Assembly: GCA_021298815.1 (NCBI GenBank)
Contig: JAJTHE010000031.1
Coordinates: forward strand, 21 to 64,020
DNA length: 64,000 nucleotides
Source of the DNA: Betaproteobacteria bacterium
GTDB lineage: Bacteria > Pseudomonadota > Gammaproteobacteria > Burkholderiales > CAIKXV01
Direction of reading: 5' to 3'
Positions 1 to 9,707 of the stretch are shown one piece after another. The position numbers were made by a program, and so were the translations under genes. Numbering within the stretch: the first letter of the stretch is position 1; every line of letters starts with the position of its first letter. The notes beneath the pieces are model-generated. The model worked only from the letters and a program-made list of their open reading frames with translations, made no database searches and was not told the origin of the DNA.

Positions 1-640
<640 letters not shown>

Positions 641-702
641 TGCATCGCAGCCGTGAATGTGGACGACCGCGATTGTCCCACGATACGCGGCGGGCGACGA
701 AA

Positions 703-722
703 CCCGCGGCCGGTGCCGCGGG
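703..722 (-). terminator. possible intrinsic terminator downstream of the AhpD-like gene
   Basis: Minus strand reads CCCGCGG-CACCGG-CCGCGGG (7-bp GC stem) followed by TTTCGTC, about 40 nt after the stop at 764. The U-tract is short. Confidence 0.35.
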
Positions 723-763
723 AGGTGCCCCGGGCCGGCGCCGGCCCGGGCCCGGGTCCTGGG

Positions 764-1357
764 TCAGCCGGTGTGCTTGCCCACCGCCCATCCCTTGTCC
801 GCCAGGTGCTTCCCGCCCACCTCGAGCGGCTCTTCCTCGAGCGGCGTGGCCATCGAGTCGTTCCACCGGTTCATGAAGCCGAACAGCGACACGGTGGCCG
901 CGATCTCGACGATCTGGCCCTCGGTCCAGTGCTGCTTCATCCGGTCCATCAGTTCGTCGGTGACGTCGTTCGGCTGCGACGCCGCCGCGATCGCGAAGTC
1001 GAGCGCGACCCGCTCGGCCTCGCTGTACAGCGGGCTGCTGCGGAATTCCCAGATCGCGTCGAACTTCGCTTCATCGATCCCGAGCCGGAGCGCCGCCCCG
1101 GCAGTGTGGGCCATTCAATAGTTGCAGCCGTGTGCCTTGCTGGCCATGTACGAGACCAGCCGCTTGAACGACACCGGCACCTCGCCATCGGGCGCCCAGA
1201 TCGACGAGGCCAGCGCGGCCAGCGCCTTCAGGATCTCCGGCTTGCGCTGCAGGATCAGCGCGCTGTTGGGCACGAAGCCGAGCGCCTTGCGGTAGCGATC
1301 GAACGATTCCTCGAGGCCGGGGACCGAGCCCATCGGCAGGGGGGCGACACGTGACAT
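764..1357 (-). CDS. AhpD-like / carboxymuconolactone decarboxylase (CMD) family peroxidase-related protein with an in-frame TGA (1115-1117); candidate selenoprotein of 197 aa
   Basis: Track ORFs 1115-1357 and 764-1114 are contiguous and in the same frame, separated only by TGA. The junction reads ...SKAHG-C-N-Y-[TGA]-M-A-H-T-A-G..., so the TGA sits where the AhpD-family core motif C-x-x-C-x-x-x-H has its second Cys. Confidence 0.6.
1084..1102 (-). promoter_or_regulatory. putative bacterial SECIS-like hairpin
   Basis: mRNA reads UGA-AUGGCCCACACU-GCCGGGG-CGGCG-CUCCGGC. This is a 7-bp stem (one G-U pair) with a 5-nt G-containing loop, starting 12 nt after the in-frame UGA. Confidence 0.3.
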
Positions 1358-1383
1358 GGCTGTTCTCCTTTCGGTGATCGGGA

Positions 1384-1791
1384 CTACGACTTCGTGACCT
1401 TGTCCTGCACGCGCTGGTCGAAGCGCTCGACATTGACCACCACCCGGTCGTGCAGGCCGTCGCCGACGAGTTCGCGCTCGTCGCGCGCCTCGACCCGGAA
1501 GGTGATCAGCCGGCCCTCGACCTTGACCACCTCGGCGGTGGCCACCACCTTCATGCCGATCGGCGTCGCCGCCACATGGCGGATCTCGAGCCGGGTGCCC
1601 AGGCTCTGGTGCCCGGCCGGCAGGAAGTGCTCCGCCGCCTGCAGCGCCGCTGCTTCCATCAGGTTGACCAGCACCGGCGTGGCGAGCACCTCGACCTTGC
1701 CACTGCCGACGTGCGGCGCGGTATGCTCGTGGGCGACGGTGACCTCGTGCCGCCCCTGGCTTCCGACAGGGACCTTCAGTTCGAATGCCAA
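1384..1791 (-). CDS. hotdog-fold thioesterase (fluoroacetyl-CoA-thioesterase-like family)
   Basis: C-terminal 135 aa of track ORF 1384-2073: ...ATPVLVNLMEAAALQAAEHFLPAGHQSLGTRLEIRHVAATPIGMKVVATAEVVKVEGRLITFRVEARDE... The start is uncertain. TTG at 1791 is proposed because the ATG at 1887 would overlap the divergent pirin start. Confidence 0.6.
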   Translation of the reverse strand: MAFELKVPVGSQGRHEVTVAHEHTAPHVGSGKVEVLATPVLVNLMEAAALQAAEHFLPAGHQSLGTRLEIRHVAATPIGMKVVATAEVVKVEGRLITFRVEARDERELVGDGLHDRVVVNVERFDQRVQDKVTKS

Positions 1792-1885
1792 GTGGGATGC
1801 TCCCTGTGCCGCGGCGCCGGTCGCGCTAGGCCGGCCACCGTATTGATCGAAGCCGCATGTTATCCGAAGCCCGAGGAAAAGCTGC

Positions 1886-2746
1886 ATGACGATCCTGCTG
1901 CAACCGCATGTCAAGGACCTCGGCGGCTTCAGCGTGCGCCGCCTGCTGCCGGCGCAGGCGCTGCGCACGATCGGCCCGTTCGTGTTCTTCGACCACATCG
2001 GCCCCGCGGTGTTCGCGCCGGGCGACGGCATCGACGTGCGCCCGCATCCGCACATCGGGCTGTCAACCGTCACCTACCTGTTCGACGGCGCGCTGATGCA
2101 CCGGGACAGCCTGGGCTTCGTGCAGCGCATCGAGCCGGGCGACGTGAACTGGATGACCGCCGGCCGCGGCATCGTCCACTCCGAACGCAGCGATGCCACC
2201 GACCGCGCGAACGGCCACCGGCTGCACGGCATCCAGACCTGGATCGCGCTGCCGCGTGCCGCGGAGCGCACCGATCCGTCCTTCCTGCACGTGCCGCGCG
2301 ATCGGCTGCCGCTGGTCGACGCCCCGGGCGTGCAGTTGCGCCTGATCGTCGGCGAGGCGCTGGGCGAGCGGACGCCGGTACCCGTGTCCTCGCCGATGTT
2401 CTACCTCGCGGCGACCTTCGAGCCGGGCAGCACGTTCACCCTGCCGGCCGAACTCGGCGAGCGCGGCGTCTACCTGGTCGAGGGCAGCCTCGACCTCGAC
2501 GGCGAGGCGCTGCCGCCGCAGCATGTGGGCGTGCCGGCGGCCGGACAGCCCGCACGGCTCGCATCCTCCACCGGGGCGGTCGCGATGCTGTTCGGCGGCG
2601 TCCCCCTCGATGGCGAACGCTTCATGTGGTGGAACTTCGTCGCCAGCTCGCGCGAGCTGATCGAGGACGCCGGGGGCCGCTGGCATCGCCAGCAGATGGG
2701 CCAGGTGCCCGGCGAGACGGAATTCATTCCGTTGCCGGAGAAATGA
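1886..2746 (+). CDS. pirin family protein
   Basis: 286-aa ORF. It contains FFDHIGP...RPHPHIGLSTVTYLFDG...HRDSLG...GDVNWMTAGRGIVHSE, the typical bicupin pirin signature. Confidence 0.9.
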   Translation: MTILLQPHVKDLGGFSVRRLLPAQALRTIGPFVFFDHIGPAVFAPGDGIDVRPHPHIGLSTVTYLFDGALMHRDSLGFVQRIEPGDVNWMTAGRGIVHSERSDATDRANGHRLHGIQTWIALPRAAERTDPSFLHVPRDRLPLVDAPGVQLRLIVGEALGERTPVPVSSPMFYLAATFEPGSTFTLPAELGERGVYLVEGSLDLDGEALPPQHVGVPAAGQPARLASSTGAVAMLFGGVPLDGERFMWWNFVASSRELIEDAGGRWHRQQMGQVPGETEFIPLPEK

Positions 2747-2747
2747 G

Positions 2748-3890
2748 GTGCCCGTGAACGACATGCCCACCGCCGGGACCTCCGGCGCCACCCGTACCAC
2801 CGGCACAAACGGCCCCGCCGGGACCGACGCGGGCGCGGGCGCGGGCGCCGGCGCCGGCGCAGGTGCGTCGCCCCTGGCCGACGCCCCGAGGCTGACGCCG
2901 AAGGCTATCGTGCGCCACCTCGACCTCGAGGTGATCGGCCAGGACGACGCCAAGAAGACGCTCGCCGTGGCGATCTACTCGCACCAGCGCAAGCTCGAGG
3001 CTGCGCGCATGCGCGGGGTGCCGCTGGCGAAGAGCAACATCCTGCTGATCGGGCCCTCGGGCACCGGCAAGACCCTGATGTGCGAGTCGCTCGCCCGCTT
3101 CCTCGGCCTGCCGTTCGTGACCGCGGATGCCACCGCGCTGGCACAGACCCGCTACGTGAACGACGAGATCGAGGCGATCCTGCAGCGCCTGCTCGACCAT
3201 GCCGACGGCGACCTCGCCGCCGCGCAGCGCGGCATCGTGTTCATCGACGAGATCGACAAGCTGAAGGCGCGCGACGGGCAACCAGCCGCGGTGTCCGGGG
3301 AATCCGTGCAGCATGCGCTGCTGCGGGTAATGGAAGGTTCGCTGGTGCGCCTGCGCGGCGACGACGGACAGGCGCCTGCGCGCTACATCGACACCTCCGG
3401 CATCCTGTTCATCTGCGGCGGTGCGTTCGTCGGCCTGGACGAGATCATGGCGCGCAACCAGAGCTACGGCTTCATCTCGACCTCGGGCGCGGACGACCGC
3501 ACGATCCTCGACCGCCTGAACGCTCGGGTGAAGCCCACCGACCTCGTGCTGTTCGGGCTGATCCCGGAATTCACCGGCCGCCTGCCGGTGATCGCCCGGC
3601 TGCACGACCTCGACCGCGCGGCGCTGGTGCGCATCATGACCGAGCCGCGCAACTCGCTGTACCGCCAGTGCCAGGCGGTGTTCGAGGCCGAGGGCGTGAA
3701 ACTGGTCATCGAGCCGCGGGTGTTCGAGGAGATCGCCGACCTCGCGCTCGAGTACCGCACCGGCGCCCGCAGTCTGCGCGGCATCTTCGAGGAACTGGTG
3801 ACGCCGATCCTCTACGTCGTGCCTGACCAGCCGGAGATCCGCAGGGTGGCGATCACCTCGCTGTTCGCCGGCCCGACGGTCACGCGCTAG
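2748..3890 (+). CDS. ClpX-like AAA+ ATPase lacking the N-terminal zinc-binding domain
   Basis: GTG start 2 nt after the pirin stop, with GGAG 7 nt upstream. Walker A is LLIGPSGTGKT and Walker B is IVFIDEIDK. A ClpX-like block is present: FGLIPEFTGRLPVIARLHDLDRAALVRIMTEPRNSLYRQ...TGARSLRGI. The N-terminus is a low-complexity TDAGAGAGAGAGAGAS stretch instead of a C4 zinc finger. Confidence 0.8.
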   Translation: MPVNDMPTAGTSGATRTTGTNGPAGTDAGAGAGAGAGAGASPLADAPRLTPKAIVRHLDLEVIGQDDAKKTLAVAIYSHQRKLEAARMRGVPLAKSNILLIGPSGTGKTLMCESLARFLGLPFVTADATALAQTRYVNDEIEAILQRLLDHADGDLAAAQRGIVFIDEIDKLKARDGQPAAVSGESVQHALLRVMEGSLVRLRGDDGQAPARYIDTSGILFICGGAFVGLDEIMARNQSYGFISTSGADDRTILDRLNARVKPTDLVLFGLIPEFTGRLPVIARLHDLDRAALVRIMTEPRNSLYRQCQAVFEAEGVKLVIEPRVFEEIADLALEYRTGARSLRGIFEELVTPILYVVPDQPEIRRVAITSLFAGPTVTR

Positions 3891-3892
3891 CC

Positions 3893-3918
3893 GCCAGCCG
3901 TGAAGCTTCACGGCTGGC
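3893..3918. terminator. 26-nt perfect palindrome between convergent genes (bidirectional terminator candidate)
   Basis: gccagccgtgaag|cttcacggctggc is a 13-bp perfect inverted repeat. It begins 3 nt after the ClpX-like stop and overlaps the stop codon of the convergent OMF gene (3908-3910). Confidence 0.5.
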
Positions 3919-5332
3919 GACCCTCCGGCGCGAACAGTCCCTGCGCGCCGCGCAGCCGCACCCGTGCCTCCGCCAGCCCCGACACCAGGTCGACCCGGAC
4001 CAGCCGCTGCTCGTGGTGAACCCGAGTCGCGTCCAGCCATTCGAGGATGGTCGCACGCCCGAAGCGGTAGGCATCCTCGGCCATGGTCTGCAGCATCGGC
4101 AAGCGGCCGGCGGCATCGGTCTCGAACCGCTGCAGCGCCTCGGTCCGGCGCTGCACCACTGCCCGGTAGCGCTCCACGCCAGCGTCGACCTGTGCCTCGG
4201 CCAGCACGCGCCGCAACCCGGCGGCGCGCGCCTCGGACCGCGCCTCCTCCAGCGGACCGCGCCGGGTGTCGAAGATCGGCAGCTCGACCGACAGGCCGAG
4301 GAAGTTCGCGCCGCCGTAGGGATCGCGCGTCCACATGCGGCCGATGCCCAGCGAAGGCACCGGGATGCGGTCGCGGCGTGCCACCTCGATCACCGCGATC
4401 GCGGCCGCCTCCTCGCGTGCCGCCGCGACCACCGACGGATGCAGGGTGCCCGGCGGCGCGGCGGCGGCCGGCAGTCCGGCCTCGGCGAGCGGCGACAGCG
4501 CACCGGTCGCCTTCGGTGCCCAGCCCGGCACGCCGAGCAGTACCGCCAGCGCACCGGTGGCATCGGCACGATCGCCCTCCTGCTCGGCCAGGCGGGCCTG
4601 CAGCGCGGCGCGCTCGACGTCCACCCGGGCGAGGTCGTAGCGGCTGGCGAGCCCGCTCGATTCGCGCGCGGCGACGATGTCCCGGATGCGCCCGATGCGC
4701 ACGATCGCATCGGCGATCGCATCCATGCGCGCCTGCACCGCGAGGATGGCCATGAAGGCCACCGCGGCCTCCTCCGCCAGCTGGTTCTCGCTCACTCGCA
4801 CCTGGGCACGCGCAGCATCGATGAACCGCTCCGCCGCCTCGATGCGGGCGCGGCGCTGACCACCGACCAGCAGCGGGAACTCGATCGAGGTGTCGGTCTG
4901 ATAGCGGCCGTCGAACATCGTCGCGGCGCCGCCAGCCGGCCGCGTACGGCCGACCGCGATCCTCGGGTTGGGCAATGCGCCCGCCGAGATGCGCCGGGCT
5001 TCGGCCGCCGCGATCGCCTCGCGTTCGACCTGCAGGCGCGGACTCGCCTCGCGCGCGAGGCGCAGCACCGCGCCGAGATCCACCTCGGAAGGCAGCGCCG
5101 ACGCGGCCGGCGGGGACGATGGCGGCGATGGCGCAGCCGGGGACGTCGAAGGCAGCGCCGGCGTCCCCGGCGTCGCCATCGGCAGCGGACCGGCCTCGAC
5201 CGCGGCAGCCCGGGCCTGGAGCGGGACCAGCACCGGCATCAGCATCGGCACCAGCATCGGCACCAGCAGCCACCCCGGCACGCGCCGCGACGGCCGACGG
5301 CCCGTGCCCGTGGAACGCGGTGCACCGATCAT
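3908..5332 (-). CDS. outer-membrane efflux factor, TolC/CzcC family
   Basis: Last 474 codons of track ORF 3908-6955. The ATG at 5332 forms an ATGA overlap with the pump stop. It has a signal peptide (LLVPMLVPMLMPVLVPLQARAAA) and OEP-type repeats (LAREASPRLQ..., RYDLARVDVERAALQARLAEQE..., LEWLDATRVHHEQRL). Confidence 0.8.
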   Translation of the reverse strand: MIGAPRSTGTGRRPSRRVPGWLLVPMLVPMLMPVLVPLQARAAAVEAGPLPMATPGTPALPSTSPAAPSPPSSPPAASALPSEVDLGAVLRLAREASPRLQVEREAIAAAEARRISAGALPNPRIAVGRTRPAGGAATMFDGRYQTDTSIEFPLLVGGQRRARIEAAERFIDAARAQVRVSENQLAEEAAVAFMAILAVQARMDAIADAIVRIGRIRDIVAARESSGLASRYDLARVDVERAALQARLAEQEGDRADATGALAVLLGVPGWAPKATGALSPLAEAGLPAAAAPPGTLHPSVVAAAREEAAAIAVIEVARRDRIPVPSLGIGRMWTRDPYGGANFLGLSVELPIFDTRRGPLEEARSEARAAGLRRVLAEAQVDAGVERYRAVVQRRTEALQRFETDAAGRLPMLQTMAEDAYRFGRATILEWLDATRVHHEQRLVRVDLVSGLAEARVRLRGAQGLFAPEGRQP

Positions 5333-8300
5333 GCGTCCTCCTCTTCCGGCGTCATCAGTTTCTTCGGCGTGAGCATGCGGTAGACCACCGGCAGCACGAA
5401 CAGCGACACCAGCAGCGTGGTGGCCATGCCGCCCACCACCACCAGCGCGAACGGCCGCTGCGTCTCCGAGCCGACGCCGGTGGCGAGCGCCATCGGCATC
5501 AGGCCGAACATCGCCAGCATCGAGGCCATCAGCACCGGGCGCAGCCGCTCGGCACACCCCTCGATCAGCGCGGAGTCGAGCGCCTCGCCCGACCGGCGCC
5601 TCGTCTCGGTGGCACCGAGCAGCAGCAGGCCCATCAGCGACACCTGGCCGAGCAGGGTGATGAAGCCGATCGCCGCGCTGACCGACAGCGGCACGTCGGC
5701 CAGCAGCAGCGCGAACGCGCCGCCGCTCTGCGCGAACGGCACGGTGAGCAGGATCGCCAGCACCGTGCGCCCGCTGTTCATCGCCGCATAGAGCAGCGCC
5801 AGCACCAGCAGCACCGCCACCGGCACCACCAGCTTGAGCCGCGCCGTCGCCCGCTGCTGGTTCTCGAACTCGCCGCCCCAGACGAAGCGGTGTCCCTCGG
5901 GCGGCTTCACCTTCTCGCGAACCACGCGGATCGCCTCCTTCACCGTGGAGCCGATGTCGCGGTCCTCGATGTTGAACTTGAGGGCGAGGAAACGGGTGTT
6001 GCCCTCGCGGTTTATCTTGGCCAGGCCGGTGGTCGAGGTGATCGACGCCAGCTGGGACAGCGGGATGCGCGCACCATCCGCGCCGTTGAGGGTGATCGCC
6101 CCGATGGTGTCCGCATCGTCGCGCGCGCCGATCGGCAGGATCACCCGCACCGGCACCACGCGCTCGCCCTCCCAGAAACGGGTCACCACCTTGCCGGCCA
6201 GCGCGGTCTCGATCGCGTACTGCGCGTCGGCCACCTCGATGCCGGCCCGGGCCAGCGCCGGCCGGTCGAGCTGGATCTGCAGCTGCGGCGTGGTCGCGTC
6301 GCGGAACAGGTCGAGCTCGACCACGCCTTCGACCTTGCGCAGCACCGCGATCGCCTCGACCAGCGAGGCGCGCATCGCCGCGAGGTCCTCGCCGAAGATC
6401 TTCAGCACAACCTTGCCGCGCACGCCGCTCACCGCCTCTTCGACGTTGTCCTTGATCGGCTGCGAGAAGTTGTAGCGCACGCCGGGTATCTCGGCGAGCG
6501 ATGCGCGCATCTCCCGGGTCAGCACGGTCTTGTCGATGCCCTTGCGCCACTGCTCGCGCGGGTGCAGCCGCACGTAGGTCTCGGACGCGTTGACGCCTTC
6601 GTTGTCGGTGCCGTCCTCGGGACGGCCCTGCGCGGACAGGGTCTCGCGCACCTCCGGGAACTTCATGATCCGGCTGCGCACCTCCGACAGGATCTCCTGG
6701 CCGCGCTGCAGCGACACGCTCGCCGGCATCTCCACGAACACCGTGAAGTCGCCTTCGTCCAGTTCGGGCAGGAACTCGGTGCCCACGCCCTTGCCGGCGA
6801 GCACGCCACCGCCGAGCAGCACCAGTGCGAACACCAGCGCGGGCCAGCGCCGCCGAAGCAGCCAGCCGAGCAGGCGCCGGTAGCCTTCGGCCATCCGGAT
6901 CTGCCATTGCGGCTCGAGCTTGTCGGCGTCCGACGGCCGGAAGGCGAACGCGCACAGCGCCGGCACCACGGTCAGCGCGAACACCAGCGCCCCGAGCAGC
7001 GCGAACGCATAGGTGAGCGCGAGCGGCCGGAAGATGCGGCCTTCCACCGATTGCAGCGTGAACACCGGCAACAGCGCGACGATGATGATCAGCATCGCAT
7101 AGAGCGTCGGCTTGCCCACGTCGATCGCCGACTGGATCACCACGCGGATCACGTCGCGCCGGTCCTTCGGACGCTGGTGGCGCAGTGCATGCTGCACGTT
7201 CTCGACCAGCACCACCGCGCCGTCGACCAGGATGCCGAAGTCGATCGCCCCCATCGAGATCAGGTTGGCCGGCAGGCCGAGCGCATGCAGGCCGAGGAAG
7301 GCAGACAGCAGGGACAGCGGGATCACCAGCGCGACGATCGCGGAACCGTACACGCTGCGCAGGAACAGCCAGACGATGGCCACCACCAGCAGGAACCCGT
7401 GCAGCAGGTTGTCGTTGACGGTGGCCAGCGTCTTGCCGATCAGCGTGCTGCGGTCGTAGGTCGGCTCGACCTTCATGCCCGCCGGCAGGATCTCCTCGTT
7501 CAGCTGGCGCACCTTCTCGTGGATGCCGTCGAGCACCAGCGAGGGATTCTCCCCGCGCCGCATCAGCACGGTGCCGATCACCACGTCGGTGCGGTCGTTC
7601 CAGCCGACGCTGCCGCGGCGCGGCGTGTGCGACTGCTTCACGTCGGCGACGTCGCCCACGGTGATCGCCGAGCCGCCCCGGCTGCGCAGCACGATGGTCT
7701 TGATGTCCTCCGCGCTCTCCAGGAAGCCGAGGCTGCGGATGGTCAGTTCCTGCTCGCCGCGGCGCAGGAAGCCGCCGCCGACGTTGCTGCTGGAGCGGGC
7801 CAGCGCCTCGTCGAGTTCCACCAGCGTGATCCCGGCCGCATGCAGCCGCGCCGGATCGGGCTCGACATGCACCTCCTTCAGGTAGCCGCCGAACGACACC
7901 AGGTCGGCCACGCCCTGCACCTGGCGGAGCACGCGCGTGACGGTGTACTCGAGCTCCGACCGCAGTTCGTACAGGTCGTGGCGGTCGCTGCTCAGCCGGA
8001 ACTGATACACGCTGCCCAGCGGCGTGGCCTCGGCCGAGAGCTTGGGCTGCACCTGGTCGGGCAGGTCGACCTGGGTCAGCCGCTGCGCCACCAGCAGCCG
8101 TGCGTTGAACGGATCGGCCCCGTCGCGGAAGGTCAGCGTGACCAGCGACAGCCCGAACAGGCTCTGCGAGCGGATCAGCGTCATCCCCGGCGTGCCGTTC
8201 AGCACGCGCTCGACAGGCACCGTGATCAGCCGCTCGATCTCCGGCGCGGCATAGCCGGACATCTGCGTGATCACCGTCACCTGCGCATTGGTGACGTCGG

Positions 8301-8418
8301 GGAACGCCTCGATCGGCGTGTCGAGGTAGGCACGGATGCCGAACGCGGCCACCACCGCGGTGAAGAACACGGCGGCGATGCGCCGGTGGACGCAGGCCTC
8401 GATCAGGAACTTCAGCAT
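5329..8418 (-). CDS. CusA/CzcA-family heavy-metal efflux RND pump
   Basis: Starts MLKFLIEACVHRRIAAVFFTAVVAAFGIRAYLDTPIEAFPDVTNAQVTVITQ...; about 1030 aa with the typical HME-RND architecture. The track ORF extends 44 codons further upstream, but the adaptor gene stop lies at 8426. Confidence 0.9.
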   Translation of the reverse strand: MLKFLIEACVHRRIAAVFFTAVVAAFGIRAYLDTPIEAFPDVTNAQVTVITQMSGYAAPEIERLITVPVERVLNGTPGMTLIRSQSLFGLSLVTLTFRDGADPFNARLLVAQRLTQVDLPDQVQPKLSAEATPLGSVYQFRLSSDRHDLYELRSELEYTVTRVLRQVQGVADLVSFGGYLKEVHVEPDPARLHAAGITLVELDEALARSSSNVGGGFLRRGEQELTIRSLGFLESAEDIKTIVLRSRGGSAITVGDVADVKQSHTPRRGSVGWNDRTDVVIGTVLMRRGENPSLVLDGIHEKVRQLNEEILPAGMKVEPTYDRSTLIGKTLATVNDNLLHGFLLVVAIVWLFLRSVYGSAIVALVIPLSLLSAFLGLHALGLPANLISMGAIDFGILVDGAVVLVENVQHALRHQRPKDRRDVIRVVIQSAIDVGKPTLYAMLIIIVALLPVFTLQSVEGRIFRPLALTYAFALLGALVFALTVVPALCAFAFRPSDADKLEPQWQIRMAEGYRRLLGWLLRRRWPALVFALVLLGGGVLAGKGVGTEFLPELDEGDFTVFVEMPASVSLQRGQEILSEVRSRIMKFPEVRETLSAQGRPEDGTDNEGVNASETYVRLHPREQWRKGIDKTVLTREMRASLAEIPGVRYNFSQPIKDNVEEAVSGVRGKVVLKIFGEDLAAMRASLVEAIAVLRKVEGVVELDLFRDATTPQLQIQLDRPALARAGIEVADAQYAIETALAGKVVTRFWEGERVVPVRVILPIGARDDADTIGAITLNGADGARIPLSQLASITSTTGLAKINREGNTRFLALKFNIEDRDIGSTVKEAIRVVREKVKPPEGHRFVWGGEFENQQRATARLKLVVPVAVLLVLALLYAAMNSGRTVLAILLTVPFAQSGGAFALLLADVPLSVSAAIGFITLLGQVSLMGLLLLGATETRRRSGEALDSALIEGCAERLRPVLMASMLAMFGLMPMALATGVGSETQRPFALVVVGGMATTLLVSLFVLPVVYRMLTPKKLMTPEEEDA

Positions 8419-8425
8419 GGCGGCC

Positions 8426-9538
8426 TCAGAGGAGCAGTTCGGCTTCGCCGTCGAGCAGGAGAGCGCCCTTGACGACGATCCGGTCTCCCGCTGCCACGCC
8501 TTCGAGGATCGCCACCCGGCCACCGGACGATCGGCCGGTGCGCACTTCACGCGCCTCGAACCTGCCGTCCGGCCGCTGCAGGTAGACCACCCGCCGGTGG
8601 CCGTCCTTGATCAGCACCGCCGAGACCGGCACCGACAGGCCGTCGCGCGAGCCGGCGAAGCGGACTTCGGTCAGCATGCCGGGCGTGAGGCCCGCGGGCG
8701 GTGCCTTCAGCGCGATGTAGACCGGCAGCCGCCGGCTGGCAGCATCGACTGCCGAGCCGACGCCGTCGACCGTCCCGTCGAGGGTGGCATCGATGGCCGG
8801 CACCCGCACCCGCACCTGCTGCCCCGGCGCGATGCGCGCCACGTCGGGCTCGGGCACGTCGGCGACCACCCAGACCCGCCCCGGATCGGCCACTTCCACC
8901 AGCGGCTCGCCACCGGGTTCGGCGATCGCACCGGCGCTGGCGCGCACCGAGACCACCACCCCCGCCGCCGGCGCGCGCAGGATCACCTCGCCGCCCTGCC
9001 CGCCGCCGGCGAAGGCGATCGCGCGGCGCGTGCGTTCGAGTTCGGCGCGGGCCTCGCGCGCGCGGGCCTCCGCCTCGACCCGCTCGACTTCAAGACCGAC
9101 CCCGCGCGCCATCATCTCGGTCTGCCGGCGCAGCTGGTCCTCGGCGGCGCTGGCGCGCGCCGTCGCCTGCTCGAGCTGGGCGCGCGCGGCCGATGCGTCG
9201 GCGCTCTGCAGCACCACCAGCGGCGTGCCGGCCTTCACGCGCTCGCCGGGCCGGACCGACACCGAGGTGATGCGTCCGGAGAACGGCGCACCCAGGCTGG
9301 ACAGCGCCTGCGGCCGGTAGGCGACCCGTCCGGGGGCGGCTGCCGACGGTGCGTCGCCGCCACCCCCGACCTCCTCGATCTTCAGGAAGCCGATCTGTTC
9401 GGGGGTGAGCGCGGTCGCCTGCCGATCGCGCACCGGTGCGGGAATCTTGGCGACCGGCGCCTCGCTGCAGCCGGCCACGAGCAGGATCGCGGCAAGGGTC
9501 GCCGCGCGGGTTGCTCTGCGGCTGTGGATCGACGACAT
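8426..9538 (-). CDS. efflux RND periplasmic adaptor (membrane fusion protein, CzcB/CusB-like)
   Basis: MSSIHSRRATRAATLAAILLVAGC (lipobox-type signal). This is followed by a coiled-coil hairpin (ARAQLEQATARASAAEDQLRRQTEMMARG...EAEARAREARAELERTRR) and a beta-barrel domain. Confidence 0.85.
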   Translation of the reverse strand: MSSIHSRRATRAATLAAILLVAGCSEAPVAKIPAPVRDRQATALTPEQIGFLKIEEVGGGGDAPSAAAPGRVAYRPQALSSLGAPFSGRITSVSVRPGERVKAGTPLVVLQSADASAARAQLEQATARASAAEDQLRRQTEMMARGVGLEVERVEAEARAREARAELERTRRAIAFAGGGQGGEVILRAPAAGVVVSVRASAGAIAEPGGEPLVEVADPGRVWVVADVPEPDVARIAPGQQVRVRVPAIDATLDGTVDGVGSAVDAASRRLPVYIALKAPPAGLTPGMLTEVRFAGSRDGLSVPVSAVLIKDGHRRVVYLQRPDGRFEAREVRTGRSSGGRVAILEGVAAGDRIVVKGALLLDGEAELLL

Positions 9539-9707
9539 CGTTCTATGGGGTCCGGGCAAGACCTGGCACGCGGCCAGGGACGGCAATCAGATGGGATGGC
9601 GCAACGTATACAGGCCGCGCCTTTCGCGAAGCTTGCACGGCCTTCAGACGGAAAACCGGGCACTGCCCGCCCTACCTCGACCCACGCGCCGGCCCCTGCG
9701 CCGGCCC

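Noticed and set aside
1792-2073. N-terminal extension of the thioesterase ORF to Met codons at 1887 or 2073
   Set aside because: The extension overlaps the divergent pirin gene and has Cys/Arg/Gly-rich non-protein-like composition. The hotdog domain is complete from about 1791.
2828-2866. gcgggc-type hexanucleotide repeat (GA dipeptide run) as a phase-variation switch
   Set aside because: The unit is a multiple of three and the copies are imperfect. Slippage would only change the length of a low-complexity linker, not switch the gene on or off. It is noted under the ClpX-like finding instead.
5215-5270. Imperfect 12-nt repeats (catcggcaccag-like) in the OMF gene
   Set aside because: They simply encode the repetitive hydrophobic core of the signal peptide (LVPMLVPMLMPVLVPL). 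They are in frame and imperfect, with no sign of a regulatory role.
4975-8472. 1165-aa plus-strand ORF, and several others at 3964-5383, antisense to the efflux genes
   Set aside because: Its composition is dominated by R, H, Q, D, G and A, with no recognisable motifs. It lies exactly antisense to a very well supported CzcA-family gene. This is the typical stop-poor shadow frame of about 70% GC DNA.
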